Origin: Prevotella sp.
GTDB taxonomy: Bacteria > Bacillota > Clostridia > Christensenellales > UBA1242
Reading direction: 5' to 3'
Assembly (NCBI GenBank): GCA_023666145.1
Contig: JAMPCO010000003.1
Coordinates: 3,027 to 67,026 of the forward strand
Length of the DNA stretch: 64,000 bases
The notes under the pieces are model-generated. The model made no database searches and was not told the DNA's origin. It saw only the letters and a list, made by a program, of their open reading frames with translations. Positions 9,727 to 19,500 of this stretch are shown here, piece after piece (position 1 is the stretch's first letter; every line of letters begins with the position of its first letter). A program made the translations under genes and the position numbers.

Positions 9727-10535
9727 TGAAAATGATGAATATCCTAATCGCAAATGTGCGGAATTTAGAGTCACGGGAATTAAAAGTGTTGGCGGGTGAA
9801 CTGGCAAAAAAACACACGGTGACGGTTTGTTCGCTGGAAGGTCCAGGACGCCAAAAGGGTAATGCGTTTTCTTACGGGGGTTTCCCAATTAAGTTCAAAC
9901 AGATTTCCAATTATACGGTTAACGGCGTGCGGATTCCCGCCTATAAATTTGACGGCACACCCGCGGATATGATTTCGGTCATGTTGGGCAACATTATGCA
10001 ACACCGTAAACCGCATTTGGTGATTTGTGGGATTAGCAACGGGATTTCGTTGGGTACCGACGTCTTTTGCTCATCGAACATTGGAATGGCGATGCAAACC
10101 GCTTTCAATAATATCCCGTGTATTGCGGTTGGCGTGCCAATGCAAATCGGGGGACACAGCGAAGCCGAATTGTTACCGGCGGCACAATTCATCGCGAAAA
10201 ACGTGGAAAAATTTGCCAAAGCCAAATTACCGACCGATACGTTCTTGAATATCACGCTTCCGATTGTCAAAAAATACGACGATTACCAAGGTGTTGGCAT
10301 TTCTTCCATGGATAATTTGACCAAGATGACGCGCTATTTGGAAAAAGTGGATTGCAAAGGCAACAAATACTACTGGGCTCAATTGGTTGAACGCGACAGT
10401 TCCCAAAAAGCCACGGTGGCACCGACCGCGGGCATGGCGTATTTCAAAAAGAATTACATCATTATGGCTCCGTTGACCTATAACTGCACCGACGCCGCCC
10501 ATTTGGCAGAAATGCAAAAGGAGGTCGTCAAATGA
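9726..10535 (+). CDS. SurE-like 5'/3'-nucleotidase paralog 1, catalytic DD motif absent
   Basis: SurE fold markers are present: GTPAD, CGISNGISLG, IAVGV. The N-terminus reads MNILIANVRNLE where SurE has NDDG. Three candidate ATGs lie at 9726, 9732 and 9735. The stop overlaps the next gene (ATGA). Confidence 0.8.
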   Translation: MKMMNILIANVRNLESRELKVLAGELAKKHTVTVCSLEGPGRQKGNAFSYGGFPIKFKQISNYTVNGVRIPAYKFDGTPADMISVMLGNIMQHRKPHLVICGISNGISLGTDVFCSSNIGMAMQTAFNNIPCIAVGVPMQIGGHSEAELLPAAQFIAKNVEKFAKAKLPTDTFLNITLPIVKKYDDYQGVGISSMDNLTKMTRYLEKVDCKGNKYYWAQLVERDSSQKATVAPTAGMAYFKKNYIIMAPLTYNCTDAAHLAEMQKEVVK

Positions 10536-11302
10536 AAATTTTATTGACGAACGAAGCGGGTTGCTTCCACCCTGGGATTGTGGCGTTGGCGAAAGAACTT
10601 TGTAAAGACCACCGTGTGTGTATTGTCGCACCGTTGACGCGACAGAGTGGTGCGGGACATTCTTTAACGGTCGACCAACGTCCGTTGCACGCACAACAAT
10701 GGTTTGTGTTGGACAACGTGAAAATGTGGTCGGTAGATGGTACGCCGTGTGATTGTGTTGCGTTGGCGTTGGATAAATTGTTATTAGACAAACCCGATTT
10801 AATCATTACGGGGATTGACCCCATCAATAATCTGGGCAATTTGATTTACAGCAGTGGGGTGGTCGCGGCCGCCATGGAAGGGGCGATTCAAGGCATCAAA
10901 AGTATTGCCATTAGCGCTGCGATTAAAGCGGAAAAGAAAGAACGGGCTTACCGTCATGTGGCGAAGTATGTTGCGCGTAAGTTAGAATTTTTGGTGACCA
11001 AAACACCTGATTACGGGGTCTTGAACGTGAATTTCCCCGACAAAGTGCAACCTAAGAAAGTGATGCCCGCCGCTTTAACGGACGGAATTTTTATCAACGA
11101 ATACGAAATTGAAGTCAATCCGTTTGGCTCGACGTTTGCTTGGGTTAAAAATCCGTTAATGGAATTCGGCTTGGACGCTTACGAACAAAAAGGCGATTTA
11201 TGTTGGTTGAAACAGGGCTACATTACTTTGACGCCCTTGAAATTGGATTTATTAAAAGGCGAGGCTTTAACGGCCTTACAAAAGGCAGGGATTAAATTAT
11301 GA
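10532..11302 (+). CDS. surE: SurE-like 5'/3'-nucleotidase paralog 2, DD motif replaced by EA
   Basis: MKILLTNEAGCFHPGIVALAKEL compares with canonical MRILLSNDDGxxAPGI. APLTRQSGAGHSLT, GTPCDCV and YSSGVVAAAMEG all align to SurE. GGAGG Shine-Dalgarno lies 8 nt upstream. Confidence 0.88.
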   Translation: MKILLTNEAGCFHPGIVALAKELCKDHRVCIVAPLTRQSGAGHSLTVDQRPLHAQQWFVLDNVKMWSVDGTPCDCVALALDKLLLDKPDLIITGIDPINNLGNLIYSSGVVAAAMEGAIQGIKSIAISAAIKAEKKERAYRHVAKYVARKLEFLVTKTPDYGVLNVNFPDKVQPKKVMPAALTDGIFINEYEIEVNPFGSTFAWVKNPLMEFGLDAYEQKGDLCWLKQGYITLTPLKLDLLKGEALTALQKAGIKL

Positions 11303-11961
11303 GTATCAACATTGCGATTGACGGACCCGTCGCCAGCGGAAAAGGGGCGGTCACCAAAGGGTTGTCGGCTAAATTGGGAATTCCCGCATTGGATACGGGT
11401 GCCGCTTACCGTGCGGTCACCTTGTATCTGTTGGAAAATAACATCGATTTGCACGATGAAAAACGGATTTTGATGACCTTGAATAAAATCGAATTGCGTT
11501 TGTACGTCACAGACCACCATGCGGTGCGGGTTTTTACCCAAGGGCAAGATGTGACGCCGCGGATTCGCGACAACCGTGTCAGTGTGGCGGTGCCCACCGT
11601 GGCGGCGTATGTTGGCGTGCGTGATTACGTCAACCGGCAAATTGCGTTGGTGGCAGCGCAAGGTGATTGCATTATGGAAGGGCGTGACATCGGGACGGCG
11701 GTTTTGCCCCAGGCTCAATACAAGTTTTATTTGACCGCTTCGTTGGAAGTGCGTGCCAAACGTCGGAAAGCGGATTTGGATGCCAAGGGCGAACATTTGT
11801 CTTTATTGGAAGTGATGGCGCAAATTAAGCGGCGCGATGAACAGGATATGACCCGCACGGTGGCGCCGTTGAAACAGGCTCCTGATGCCATTTACCTGGA
11901 CAACAGTGATCTGACGTTGGAACAAACCATTGACACAATGGCAAAATACATTAAAATGTAA
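11299..11961 (+). CDS. cmk: Cytidylate kinase
   Basis: IAIDGPVASGKG P-loop and overall Cmk-like sequence. ATGA overlap with the upstream gene. Confidence 0.93.
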   Translation: MSINIAIDGPVASGKGAVTKGLSAKLGIPALDTGAAYRAVTLYLLENNIDLHDEKRILMTLNKIELRLYVTDHHAVRVFTQGQDVTPRIRDNRVSVAVPTVAAYVGVRDYVNRQIALVAAQGDCIMEGRDIGTAVLPQAQYKFYLTASLEVRAKRRKADLDAKGEHLSLLEVMAQIKRRDEQDMTRTVAPLKQAPDAIYLDNSDLTLEQTIDTMAKYIKM

Positions 11962-11964
11962 GTA

Positions 11965-12330
11965 ATGGAAACGATTGTGCACGTGGAAAACGGCGAATAT
12001 TTGGGACAGACACGCTTTGCTAACGATTTGTTACGCGAATCGTTAATGCTGTGCGTGAAAGAAGTGCGTGGTGTGGCGGGGATTGGCAAACATATGCGCA
12101 GTAACAAAAACAAAATTAAAAATTTGAAAATCAGCCGCTGTAAGGACAGTAACCATTTGATCGTCGACATTAACCTGTTGGTGTCAACGGGCTTTTCCGT
12201 GCCTGACGTGGCTTACCGCGTGCAAGAAGCCGTGTTGAATACCGCCACGCAATTTACGAACGATAAAATTGACCAAGTCAATATCTATGTACGGGGCGCA
12301 AAGTATGGGGCAAGCACTAAGCAGAAGTGA
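11965..12330 (+). CDS. Asp23/Gls24 family envelope-stress protein (YqhY-like)
   Basis: 121 aa with Asp23-family features (...VRGVAGI...VDINLLVSTGFSVPDVAYRVQEAV). It lies immediately upstream of nusB, as yqhY does in Bacillus. Confidence 0.85.
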   Translation: METIVHVENGEYLGQTRFANDLLRESLMLCVKEVRGVAGIGKHMRSNKNKIKNLKISRCKDSNHLIVDINLLVSTGFSVPDVAYRVQEAVLNTATQFTNDKIDQVNIYVRGAKYGASTKQK

Positions 12331-12706
12331 GTCCCGCGAAGTTGCTTTCCGTTTGATTTTTGCCATGGGACAGCAGACGGTTTGGGATGCGGACGCGTGG
12401 AATTTGGCGTTGGACGGTAAAACGGCACCGACACCCGAACAACAATACATCACCAAAATTGTGGAAAAGTTTACCGAACTACGAACGGAGATTGATGCCA
12501 AGATTAGTGCGCATTTGCAGAAATGGACGTTGGATCGTTTGCGCCAAACCGACTTAGCCGCGTTACGTTTAGCGGCGACCGAAATGGCGTTGGGAACTGT
12601 CCCTGTACCAGTGATCATTAACGAAGCGGTCAGTTTAGCCAAAAAATACGGGGAGGCATCCAGCGGTGCGTTCGTGAACGGGGTGTTAGCACAACTGGCG
12701 GAGTAG
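12305..12706 (+). CDS. nusB: Transcription antitermination factor NusB
   Basis: The ATG at 12305 gives MGQALSRSESREVAFRLIFAM...AALRLAATEM...INEAVSLAKKYG, which is NusB-like. The start is uncertain (track TTG at 12269). Confidence 0.88.
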   Translation: MGQALSRSESREVAFRLIFAMGQQTVWDADAWNLALDGKTAPTPEQQYITKIVEKFTELRTEIDAKISAHLQKWTLDRLRQTDLAALRLAATEMALGTVPVPVIINEAVSLAKKYGEASSGAFVNGVLAQLAE

Positions 12707-12707
12707 C

Positions 12708-13706
12708 ATGGAACTATCGGTTACACAATTAAACAATTACATTAAATCGGTGTTTGTCGCCGAAGAAATGTTGCACAACATCCTTTTGAACGGAGAAGCG
12801 TCGGGCGTGTCGGTACGTGGCAACGGCGTATGGTTTACTTTGCGTGACCGCGAAGCGGCGATCCCGTGTGTTTGTTGGGAAAAAGCCCGTTGTGCGGTGA
12901 AGGACGGTGACCAAGTCACTTTACGCGGCACGGTCGATTATTGGCAGAAGGCGGGTAAAATCAATTTTAACGTCCATGCTTTGGTCAAGACGGGGGCGGG
13001 CGCATTGTTAGAACAGTTACAAGCCTTGACCGAAAAATTGCAGCGCGAAGGTTTATTTGACCGCAAAAAAGCGTTACCCAGTCAAGTTAAACGTATCGGG
13101 GTGGTCAGTTCCCGTTACGGTGCGGTGATTCATGATATTATGACGGTGACTAAACGGCGCAACCCGTTGGTGGATATTGTGTTATATCCTGCCGCGGTGC
13201 AGGGGGAAAACGCCGCCCGTGAAATTTGTGCAGGCGTGGCATATTTCAACCGTACCCAAACGGTTGATTTAATCATTGTGGCACGGGGTGGTGGTTCCAA
13301 CGAAGACCTGTCGTGCTTTAACACCGAAGATGTCGCCCGTGCCGTGGCAGGCAGTACTTTGCCGATTGTGGCCGCGGTCGGACACGAGACCGATTTTACT
13401 TTGGTGGATTACGTGGCGGATTTACGGGCCCCGACGCCCTCTGCCGCCGCCGAAATGGTGATTCCCGAATTGGTCTCACAAAAAGATGTGGTGCTGCGCT
13501 TGTGGTCACAAATGAAGTACAGTATTACCAGTCGTTTGCAACAATTACGCACCCAAGCGTTGGGCTTTTTGCATTTATTCCCGCAGGACTTTGTTGCGGT
13601 GGCGAAAGACGGGCAAGTGGTCAAAAGCGTCCGCGATCTAAAACCCAAAGACAAATTGCAAATTTGTTTTAATGATGGTAGAATTGGAGTAACAGTCGAT
13701 GAATAA
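12708..13706 (+). CDS. xseA: Exodeoxyribonuclease VII large subunit (compact, 332 aa)
   Basis: N-terminal OB fold (LSVTQLNNYIKSVF...GEASGVSVRGNGVWFTLRD) and catalytic core (RIGVVSSRYGAVIHDI, ARGGGSNEDL). Confidence 0.92.
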   Translation: MELSVTQLNNYIKSVFVAEEMLHNILLNGEASGVSVRGNGVWFTLRDREAAIPCVCWEKARCAVKDGDQVTLRGTVDYWQKAGKINFNVHALVKTGAGALLEQLQALTEKLQREGLFDRKKALPSQVKRIGVVSSRYGAVIHDIMTVTKRRNPLVDIVLYPAAVQGENAAREICAGVAYFNRTQTVDLIIVARGGGSNEDLSCFNTEDVARAVAGSTLPIVAAVGHETDFTLVDYVADLRAPTPSAAAEMVIPELVSQKDVVLRLWSQMKYSITSRLQQLRTQALGFLHLFPQDFVAVAKDGQVVKSVRDLKPKDKLQICFNDGRIGVTVDE

Positions 13707-13887
13707 AACCATTGCGGAATTAGAAAAATTAACCCAATCCATTCAGGCGGAAAAACGGATTGACCAAGCCTTGGATAGTTTTATCAGTGGCGCTGAATTG
13801 GTTAAAACGGTCTTAAAGGAATTGGACCAAGCCGAAGGCAAGGTGTACGCAGTCGTTAACGACGTGGAACAACTGTTGGAGGAATAA
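13699..13887 (+). CDS. xseB: Exodeoxyribonuclease VII small subunit
   Basis: 62-aa helical protein that overlaps the xseA stop. Typical XseB size and position. Confidence 0.88.
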   Translation: MNKTIAELEKLTQSIQAEKRIDQALDSFISGAELVKTVLKELDQAEGKVYAVVNDVEQLLEE

Positions 13888-15455
13888 TGCTGAATACCTT
13901 ACGCATTCAAAATTTGGCTTTGATTCCGGCGGTAGAAATCAATTTCGGTGCGGGGTTTAACGTCTTAACGGGGGAAACCGGGGCGGGTAAATCGATTATT
14001 ATTGGCAGTTTGAATTTTATTTTTGGTGACAAGTTATCGGTGAATGCGATTCGTCACGGGGCGGACTTGGCACGGGTGACCGCGGTGTTCGATGATACGA
14101 TTATCGTGCGTACTTTGCACGCGAACGGCAAAAGTGAAATTCGGGTCAACGATGAACCCATGACTTTGAAAGGTTTACGGGAAGTGGCCAGCGGTTTGAT
14201 CGATATCCACGGACAGCACGACACCGAAAAATTGTTGGACCCCAAAAACCATTTAAGGATTCTGGACGCGTTTGCCCAAACCGATTTGACCGCTTACCAA
14301 TCCGCGTATGCGCAGTTACAGGCGTTACGGAACGAATTGGCGACTTACGGGGATAACCCCGCCGAGCGAGCGCGCTTGTTAGATTTATACCAGTACCAAA
14401 TTAACGAAATTGAACGGGCACATTTGTCGGCGGACGAAGAAGAAAGTTTGAACCAACGGGCTTTGGTGTTACGCAACGCCGAAAAATTAGCGGAAGGTTT
14501 ACAAACCGTAGTAGATAATTTGACCGACGCGGACGGCGCGTTGGGTGTGGCGCAAAAACGGCTTTTAGGCATTCAACAATACGATGAAAAGTTACAGACA
14601 CTCGCCACACGTCTGAACGCCGCCAGTAGTGAAATCGGTGACATCTTCATGGAGTTACGGGATTATGCGGAGCAGACCGATTTCAGTGCGGATGCGTTAG
14701 AAAGTGTTTACGACCGTTTGGATGAAATCAAAAACTTGAAACGCAAATACGGTGCGACGGTGACGGATGTTTTGGCGTTTGCGGAAAAGACGAAAGCCGA
14801 ACAGACGCGCTTATTACAAGCGGGGGATACGATCGACCAATTGCAAACCCAAATTGCCGCCCAAACCGCGGTGGTGACCCAGTTAGCGACCCAATTGACG
14901 GCCGTACGTCAAGCGGCGGCCAAGGAATTGGCAGCCCAATTAACCACCCAATTAAAAGACCTTGGCATGGAACAAACCCAATTTGATGTCCAGTTCAATG
15001 CGGTTACCCCCAAAAACAACGGCGCGGACGCAGTTGAATTTCTGTTTTCCGCGAATGTGGGCGAACCCGTGCGCCCGTTAGCGCAAATTATTTCGGGTGG
15101 GGAAATGAGCCGTTTAATGTTGGCATTGAAAACGGTCGCAAATCCCGAACCCCAAAAGACCTTGGTGTTCGATGAAATTGATACGGGCATTTCGGGTAAA
15201 ATGGGGCTGGCGTTGGCGACTAAGTTGGCGGCGCTGGCGCGTCAATCCCAAATTATCGTGGTCACCCATTTGGCGGCGGTAGCCGCGGCGGGGCAGACCC
15301 ATTTCTTAATTCAAAAAAATGTGGAAGCGCACCAAACCATTACTAACGTTTATCCGTTAGATGCGCCCGCCCGCGAACAAGAAATCGCGCGGATTATCGG
15401 TGGTGGTGACACGGCGCTGGCCCATGCACGGGCTTTGTTGACTGCCCAAGGTTAA
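13887..15455 (+). CDS. recN: DNA repair protein RecN
   Basis: Starts MLNTLRIQNLALI. Walker A GETGAGKS, a long coiled coil, the C-terminal signature ISGGEMSRLMLAL and Walker B LVFDEIDTG. Confidence 0.95.
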   Translation: MLNTLRIQNLALIPAVEINFGAGFNVLTGETGAGKSIIIGSLNFIFGDKLSVNAIRHGADLARVTAVFDDTIIVRTLHANGKSEIRVNDEPMTLKGLREVASGLIDIHGQHDTEKLLDPKNHLRILDAFAQTDLTAYQSAYAQLQALRNELATYGDNPAERARLLDLYQYQINEIERAHLSADEEESLNQRALVLRNAEKLAEGLQTVVDNLTDADGALGVAQKRLLGIQQYDEKLQTLATRLNAASSEIGDIFMELRDYAEQTDFSADALESVYDRLDEIKNLKRKYGATVTDVLAFAEKTKAEQTRLLQAGDTIDQLQTQIAAQTAVVTQLATQLTAVRQAAAKELAAQLTTQLKDLGMEQTQFDVQFNAVTPKNNGADAVEFLFSANVGEPVRPLAQIISGGEMSRLMLALKTVANPEPQKTLVFDEIDTGISGKMGLALATKLAALARQSQIIVVTHLAAVAAAGQTHFLIQKNVEAHQTITNVYPLDAPAREQEIARIIGGGDTALAHARALLTAQG

Positions 15456-16489
15456 TTGGCAGAAGTTTCGTCTTCGGTGTGGTGTTTACGATTACGTTTG
15501 CGGCGGGGCGTCTTTTTGGGTTTGAGGGTGTGACGGTTAGGAAACATCCAAACCGCGACCGCGACGCAGGCGACCACCATGACGGCACAAACAATAAAAA
15601 ACGAACCCAGGTTATCCAGGTGGTCAAAGGGTAAATCGACGTTCATACCGTAGATACCCGCAATCAAGGTCGGAATCGCCAAGATGATGGTAACAATGGT
15701 TAACAAACGCATCCGTTCGGCTAATTGGTTACTGACCAGGTTGTTGTAGGTGCTCATGGTTTCGGTCATCAATTCACGTTGCAGGTTACAGGTGGCGAAG
15801 GCTTGCTTGATTTCGACGATAATGTTTTCCAAAGTTTCGACGTCGTCTTCGGTCAAGTTCTTTTGTGCCAGAGACTTTTCTGCTACCACAATGTTTTGGC
15901 GTAAAGACGAAGCAAAGTAAATTAACGCATTTTTCAGACGCATTAACTCACGGAGGTTGGTGTCCGTGTCACGGGATTGCATTAACTTGCTTTCTAAACG
16001 GGTACTGGATTTGTCAATCATGCGCAAATAAGTTTCGTACAGGCTGTGGAAAGCCAATAAGCATTGGTAATTGATTTTTTGACTGTCCAGCAGACTGTTG
16101 GTGCGTAAAGTGCCTTGTTTAATTTCTTGAAATTTGAAATGGTCTTGCAAACAAACGGTCACGGTTAAATTCCCCTTTTGAATCATGGATAACGGGATCG
16201 TGGTGTAAGGCGCATCACTGCTGTGGTCACGTTGCACCACGGGAATGTCAAAGACGGTTAACTTGTAATGGGTGTCGTCGTCTTCGTCCAAGCGCGGACC
16301 TTCTTCGTCGTCCAAGGCCGAACGCACGAAATCTTCGGGAATCTGCAATTCATCAATCACACGGTGGACTTCGATTTCGTTCGGGTTGGTTAATTGCACC
16401 CAAATGCGTTCGTTGGTCGGCAAAGATAATAAATCGTGGGTTTCGATTTTTACATATTTGCCGTCACGGTTGACCATTACGTTTGTCAT
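15452..16489 (-). CDS. corA: CorA-family Mg2+/Co2+ transporter with basic C-terminal tail
   Basis: GMN motif (GIYGMNV) between two C-terminal TM helices. The ATG at 16489 (MTNVMVNRDG) has a promoter 6 nt upstream. The stop overlaps the recN stop by 4 nt (convergent). Confidence 0.9.
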   Translation of the reverse strand: MTNVMVNRDGKYVKIETHDLLSLPTNERIWVQLTNPNEIEVHRVIDELQIPEDFVRSALDDEEGPRLDEDDDTHYKLTVFDIPVVQRDHSSDAPYTTIPLSMIQKGNLTVTVCLQDHFKFQEIKQGTLRTNSLLDSQKINYQCLLAFHSLYETYLRMIDKSSTRLESKLMQSRDTDTNLRELMRLKNALIYFASSLRQNIVVAEKSLAQKNLTEDDVETLENIIVEIKQAFATCNLQRELMTETMSTYNNLVSNQLAERMRLLTIVTIILAIPTLIAGIYGMNVDLPFDHLDNLGSFFIVCAVMVVACVAVAVWMFPNRHTLKPKKTPRRKRNRKHHTEDETSAN

Positions 16490-16495
16490 GTGCTC

Positions 16496-16525
16496 ATTGT
16501 ATGCCTGTTTGTGAAATAAAGTCAA
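16496..16525 (-). promoter_or_regulatory. sigmaA-type promoter of corA (leaderless-type)
   Basis: Minus strand: TTGACT (16525-16520), 18 nt spacer, TACAAT (16501-16496), 6 nt, then ATG (16489). Confidence 0.55.
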
Positions 16526-16545
16526 GAATTGTTGCAAATAATAAC

Positions 16546-16574
16546 TTGCTAATCTTGCGGATTGGTTTTATAAT
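16546..16574 (+). promoter_or_regulatory. sigmaA-type promoter of the large surface-protein gene (leaderless-type)
   Basis: TTGCTA (16546-16551), 17 nt spacer, TATAAT (16569-16574), 7 nt, then ATG (16582). No Shine-Dalgarno. Confidence 0.6.
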
Positions 16575-16581
16575 TATCAAC

Positions 16582-19500
16582 ATGGACAAATTGAAAAGAA
16601 GTTTGAAACGTTTGATTGCACCCGCCATTGTGCTTTTGTTGGTGGCGATTATGGGTGTGTTTAGCCCGGCCGTTTCGGTTGCGGCGGCATTACGCGTGAA
16701 CCCAATGAGCGTGACAGATACCAATCCTTTTACCATTACTAACTTACCCGCACGTACCGTGGAATTGGGTACTGATGCGGCGACGGTCACCGTGCCAACA
16801 ATTAACAACAACGGTGTGGTGGTGTTGAGTCATGCGGGTAAAAACATCAGTACGTTCCCCGATAACAAATATACCTACCAAGAAATCGGTCAATACGAAT
16901 GGCGTTTTTACACCGATGACACCAAAAAAGTGCTATTTGACACTTACACCGTGACCGTAACCGATACCACCTACGGCATGACGATGCCCGACAACGTGGT
17001 GACGGTGGCACCGAAAGATCTCGACCAATTAACCTTACCGTTGCCGTCCACTTACCGTGTGGCGGAAAAAACCGTGGAAGTTACCGAAATCGTTGAAGAC
17101 GAAAGCGGTAAATACGCGGTCGTTACTTTGCAAGACGATGATAATCAAAAAGTAGATTATATCTTACGTGCCAACATTACTTTGGAAAATGAAAATCTGA
17201 ACGACAAAATTACGGCGTTTGACCAAGATGGCATGGTCATTGATTTGAGCGATAATAAGAACACGGGTGTTTTGAAAGTTACTTACCAATTATTGAACGC
17301 CACCAGTCAAAAACTTTTGGTGGCGGTACCTTTGTCCGACATTGAAATTAAAAATATCACTAAAAGCCAAGTGACGTTTGCGAATATCCCGACCGCGCCC
17401 AGCGTGAAAAGTTTAGCCTATTATTCCAGCATCAGTTTAACCGCCCCCACCGCAGATAGTGCTAAAGTCGGTTCGACTTCGTTCAACGTTGAAGCCCAAA
17501 CCACCATCTGCCAAGTGCAATGCTACTTGTACTCCGACGAACCCAGCGATTGGACCGCTAAAAACAGTAAAATTCACAATTTGACCGTGGAAAAAGAGGA
17601 CGGGGCATGGGTCGTGAAAGAAAACGGCACCGCGGTCGACTATTTGGAAATTGATGACTTGACCGTGAAAATTAAAGCGTTGGGTTGGTATCGTTTCCAA
17701 TTCCAAACATCGACTTTGTTTGGTTACCAATTAGACGACGATTTTGACACCGACGACGTCAACATCGAACAAGACCCCAACAATTCCTACGTCCGTTATT
17801 GGAGCGACAGTATCCGTATCTACCGTGACGCCGTTGAACCCAGTTTCGCTTGGGTGGCTAATTACAACGAAGATGACAGCGCGACCATCGAAAATTACAA
17901 TAAAAATTTCAGCACCTTGCAAGAATATGATGTTTATTTGCCGATGACCGAAAAACCCGATGCGACTACGTCACAAAAAATTACCATTAACTATGACGGT
18001 TTAGTCTTGCCTGCAATTTTCCCACACGACAATGCTACTCCGTTCGAAAAAATGAAAGTCACTGCCTTCAATATTGAACAAATCCAAAATGTCGACGGTG
18101 AATCCATTACGTCGAATGATAACTATGTTTACAGTGGCAGTGAAAATGACAGCAAAACTTTTGTTTACGATATGACGGATCCTTTACAAATCCAATTCGT
18201 CATTGACGGCGCTACGCGTGCACAAGGCAACAATGTTGTGCAACTTTACCAACGTGAAGGTTTATACCGTGTACGCATCGTGGTGGAAGAAGAACAACCG
18301 ACTTTTGAAGATGGCACCCGTTACAGCGGTGGTTACGCGAATACCAAAACCAAATATTTGTACTTTTATGTCGACAGTGATTACAAATGCGGTACGGACG
18401 GTGAAAATTCGCCTGTGATTGACACCAACAATGTGTTCCAAGTCAGCGATGTTTATTTGTGGGAAGGTCACACCTTCGATTTCCGTATCCCGACCGTGAC
18501 CGATGCCCATACGCCCGCCGATGACATCCAAATTGATTATTATTTGGTCAATGCTGATGATCAAAGCAAAACATATAAATTGGATTACAATGTTAACGCG
18601 TCACACGTTACGGTTGATTTGGATGATTTGGACGGATTCGATACCAAAGATTTGTTGACGGACGTCGATTACTACATTTATGCGGTGGCACGCAATTTCA
18701 ACGGAATGCAAGCCAAATTGAAAGTAGAAGCGAATCCTGTCATCAAAGATGAAAATGTCGCCGATAACAAATATTTCGAGGAAGCCTTGTTTAGCAAATT
18801 AGACACTGACGAAATCGCACAATATGGTTATGCGTGGAAACGTGCCGCGTTTACCATTTACGCGACCAAAGACAGCAGTAAAGCCGATGCAGACTTCACG
18901 GTTACACCCAACAACGACAATTCCTACAAGGCGGGTGAAAAAGTGGTTTTCGACAGCATCAAAGTAGCATGGAGCGATAATACCGTCGTGGACGGACAAA
19001 TGACCGTCGCCGTGTATTTAATGAAAGACAACGGTACGCGTGTGCCAGTCAACATGGTAAACAGCAGTAACAGTTCCGCGGAAATTGTCAGTGCGGTGGC
19101 GTTTAACGCCAGCAGTTACGAAGCCACGGATTGGAGTTTCACTCCTGGTGTCGGTGGTACCTACATCCTGGTGATCACCGCCAAAGAACACGCCAGCAGT
19201 CAAATCCAAACCTGCGTGAAAACCATTGAAGTTGCATCCAGTGGTGATTGGAACATTACTCCGTTAAGTGTGTCTCCTGCCGCGGCCACCAATTACACGA
19301 TTGATGCCACGATCAGTTTAGGGGAAAGCGCCGTGTTGCCCAATTATGTGGTCAGTAAAGACGAACAAGGTGGCACAAAATATTTTGCGAAAAATCGTCG
19401 TTTGTATCCATACGACGATAACGGCAATGTTACCGACGGACCCGAAGGTTACTATACCATTACCGTGATGGGGGTCAACGATCCGAATTGTATCATCGGT

